In this document: positions 49,513 to 50,712 of the stretch, piece after piece
Position numbering within the stretch: the stretch's first letter is position 1
Layout of the letters: each line of letters begins with the position of its first letter
Assembly (NCBI GenBank): GCA_009103225.1
Contig: RHPI01002503.1
Location: 381,456-432,167, forward strand
Direction: 5' to 3'
Origin: Chlorokybus atmophyticus
Taxonomy: Eukaryota > Plantae > Mesostigma and Chlorokybus algae
DNA length: 50,712 nucleotides
Translations under genes and position numbers: made by a program
Notes under the pieces: generated by a model
Told to the model about the DNA's origin: nothing
The model's database searches: none
The model's input: only the letters and a program-made list of their open reading frames with translations

Positions 49513-50712
49513 NGAAGTAGTCTTCATCGATGCATTTTGCACAACACTTAACAATGTTACATTAACATTCATAATGATTTAAATAATGTACATAAAGTCG
49601 TTCAGTTGTAGGTTGACATCTTGCATTTATGGTTGATTTCTATTGTGATTCCTATAATGTTTGAAATGACAAATGACAATGTGTCATGTCTTTGCCAAGA
49701 AAATGTTCTTTGCTGTAATTGTAATCAGCATGCAGCAATCTAGCCTCATTGGCTTCAAACAATATGTGCTGCTGTTCATGACACCTATTATGGTTGGGTG
49801 CAGGCGCATTGAGGCAAAGCAAGTGCAACGACTTATAAAACTTTCATATACTTGAAAAGCAACATGGGCTCAACTCATATCGCTACAAAGTTTTAAAAGA
49901 GCGAGAGCATGCCGCGACGCTGAAAAGGCCATATTTGTTTTGAAATCAATATTGCAAGGCTTGTTCAAAAATCCATTCTTAATTACAACACAAGAGTTAA
50001 GTATGCCACTTTAGTTCATGCCCAACACTTGCTGGTAACGCCCTTATGCACTCCGCCTTGCTACCCGTCAATTAAAACACATATGTTCAAACTGTTTTCC
50101 TTGTCATTGCCAAATTAACCTCGTTTATGCCTTTATGCATTCTTTTAAACCTTGATATATGCTTCACACCCCACAAAGTTTACACATGCTCTTGTGTGTT
50201 ATGCTTGATTTATGATTTCTTATTTAGCCATACCCACAAAGATAATTGTTCTGTAACGCTTAACAATCTTTAAGTGATACGCTTTGTATTGTAGGCGTCA
50301 TAATTATGGAGTATGAGCAAGGGTATCATATTTGTGACACATGCATCATCGCAAGCATATCACCAAGCCGTAGTACCGAAGGCAGCATTAAATTTCATAC
50401 AATTATAACGCAGCAGCTCCGCCCGTCACGGTCAAGCATATTATATCTTTAGCAGAACAATGGGTTAATTGTGGAGTCATTGATATACAAGAGTGCAATT
50501 GCCAATCACATCCTCCGCAGTGTTTGTCAACACGCGAATTACCTTGCAAGTCCACCTACCTCCATGCCCTCAAGCAATAGCATCCCTCTCTTTTACCTTA
50601 TGCAATTGCTGTATAGTATACATCACCCACTTGAACTTGCATACCGTATTTGTGCCAATGCACCCCACCTTGTTACAAAACCCCCCCCTTTTATTTCGGG
50701 GGGGGGGGGGGG

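Overview
Eukaryotic, intron-rich genomic DNA, most likely from a streptophyte (charophyte-type) green alga. This is inferred from plant-type gene orthologs, TTTAGGG telo-boxes and short GT-AG introns. Bases 1-~5820 are the 3' part of a Ty3/Gypsy LTR retrotransposon. Its pol reading frame carries a complete DNMT3-like C5-cytosine methyltransferase ahead of RT-RNaseH-integrase and a PHD finger at the integrase C-terminus, so the element encodes both a methylation writer and a histone reader. This copy is disabled by 2 frameshifts and 2 stops. Six host genes follow, reconstructed by hand from splice sites: a guanylate-binding-protein-like GTPase (+), a GT31/Fringe-like glycosyltransferase that spans an assembly gap (-), RPL23 (-), NOT1 (+), MOT1/BTAF1 (-) and U1-70K (+). 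The last ~7 kb has no confident gene but contains a tandem duplication, a long diverged inverted repeat, a palindrome-dense segment and microsatellites. No database searches were run; all calls rest on motifs read from the sequence.
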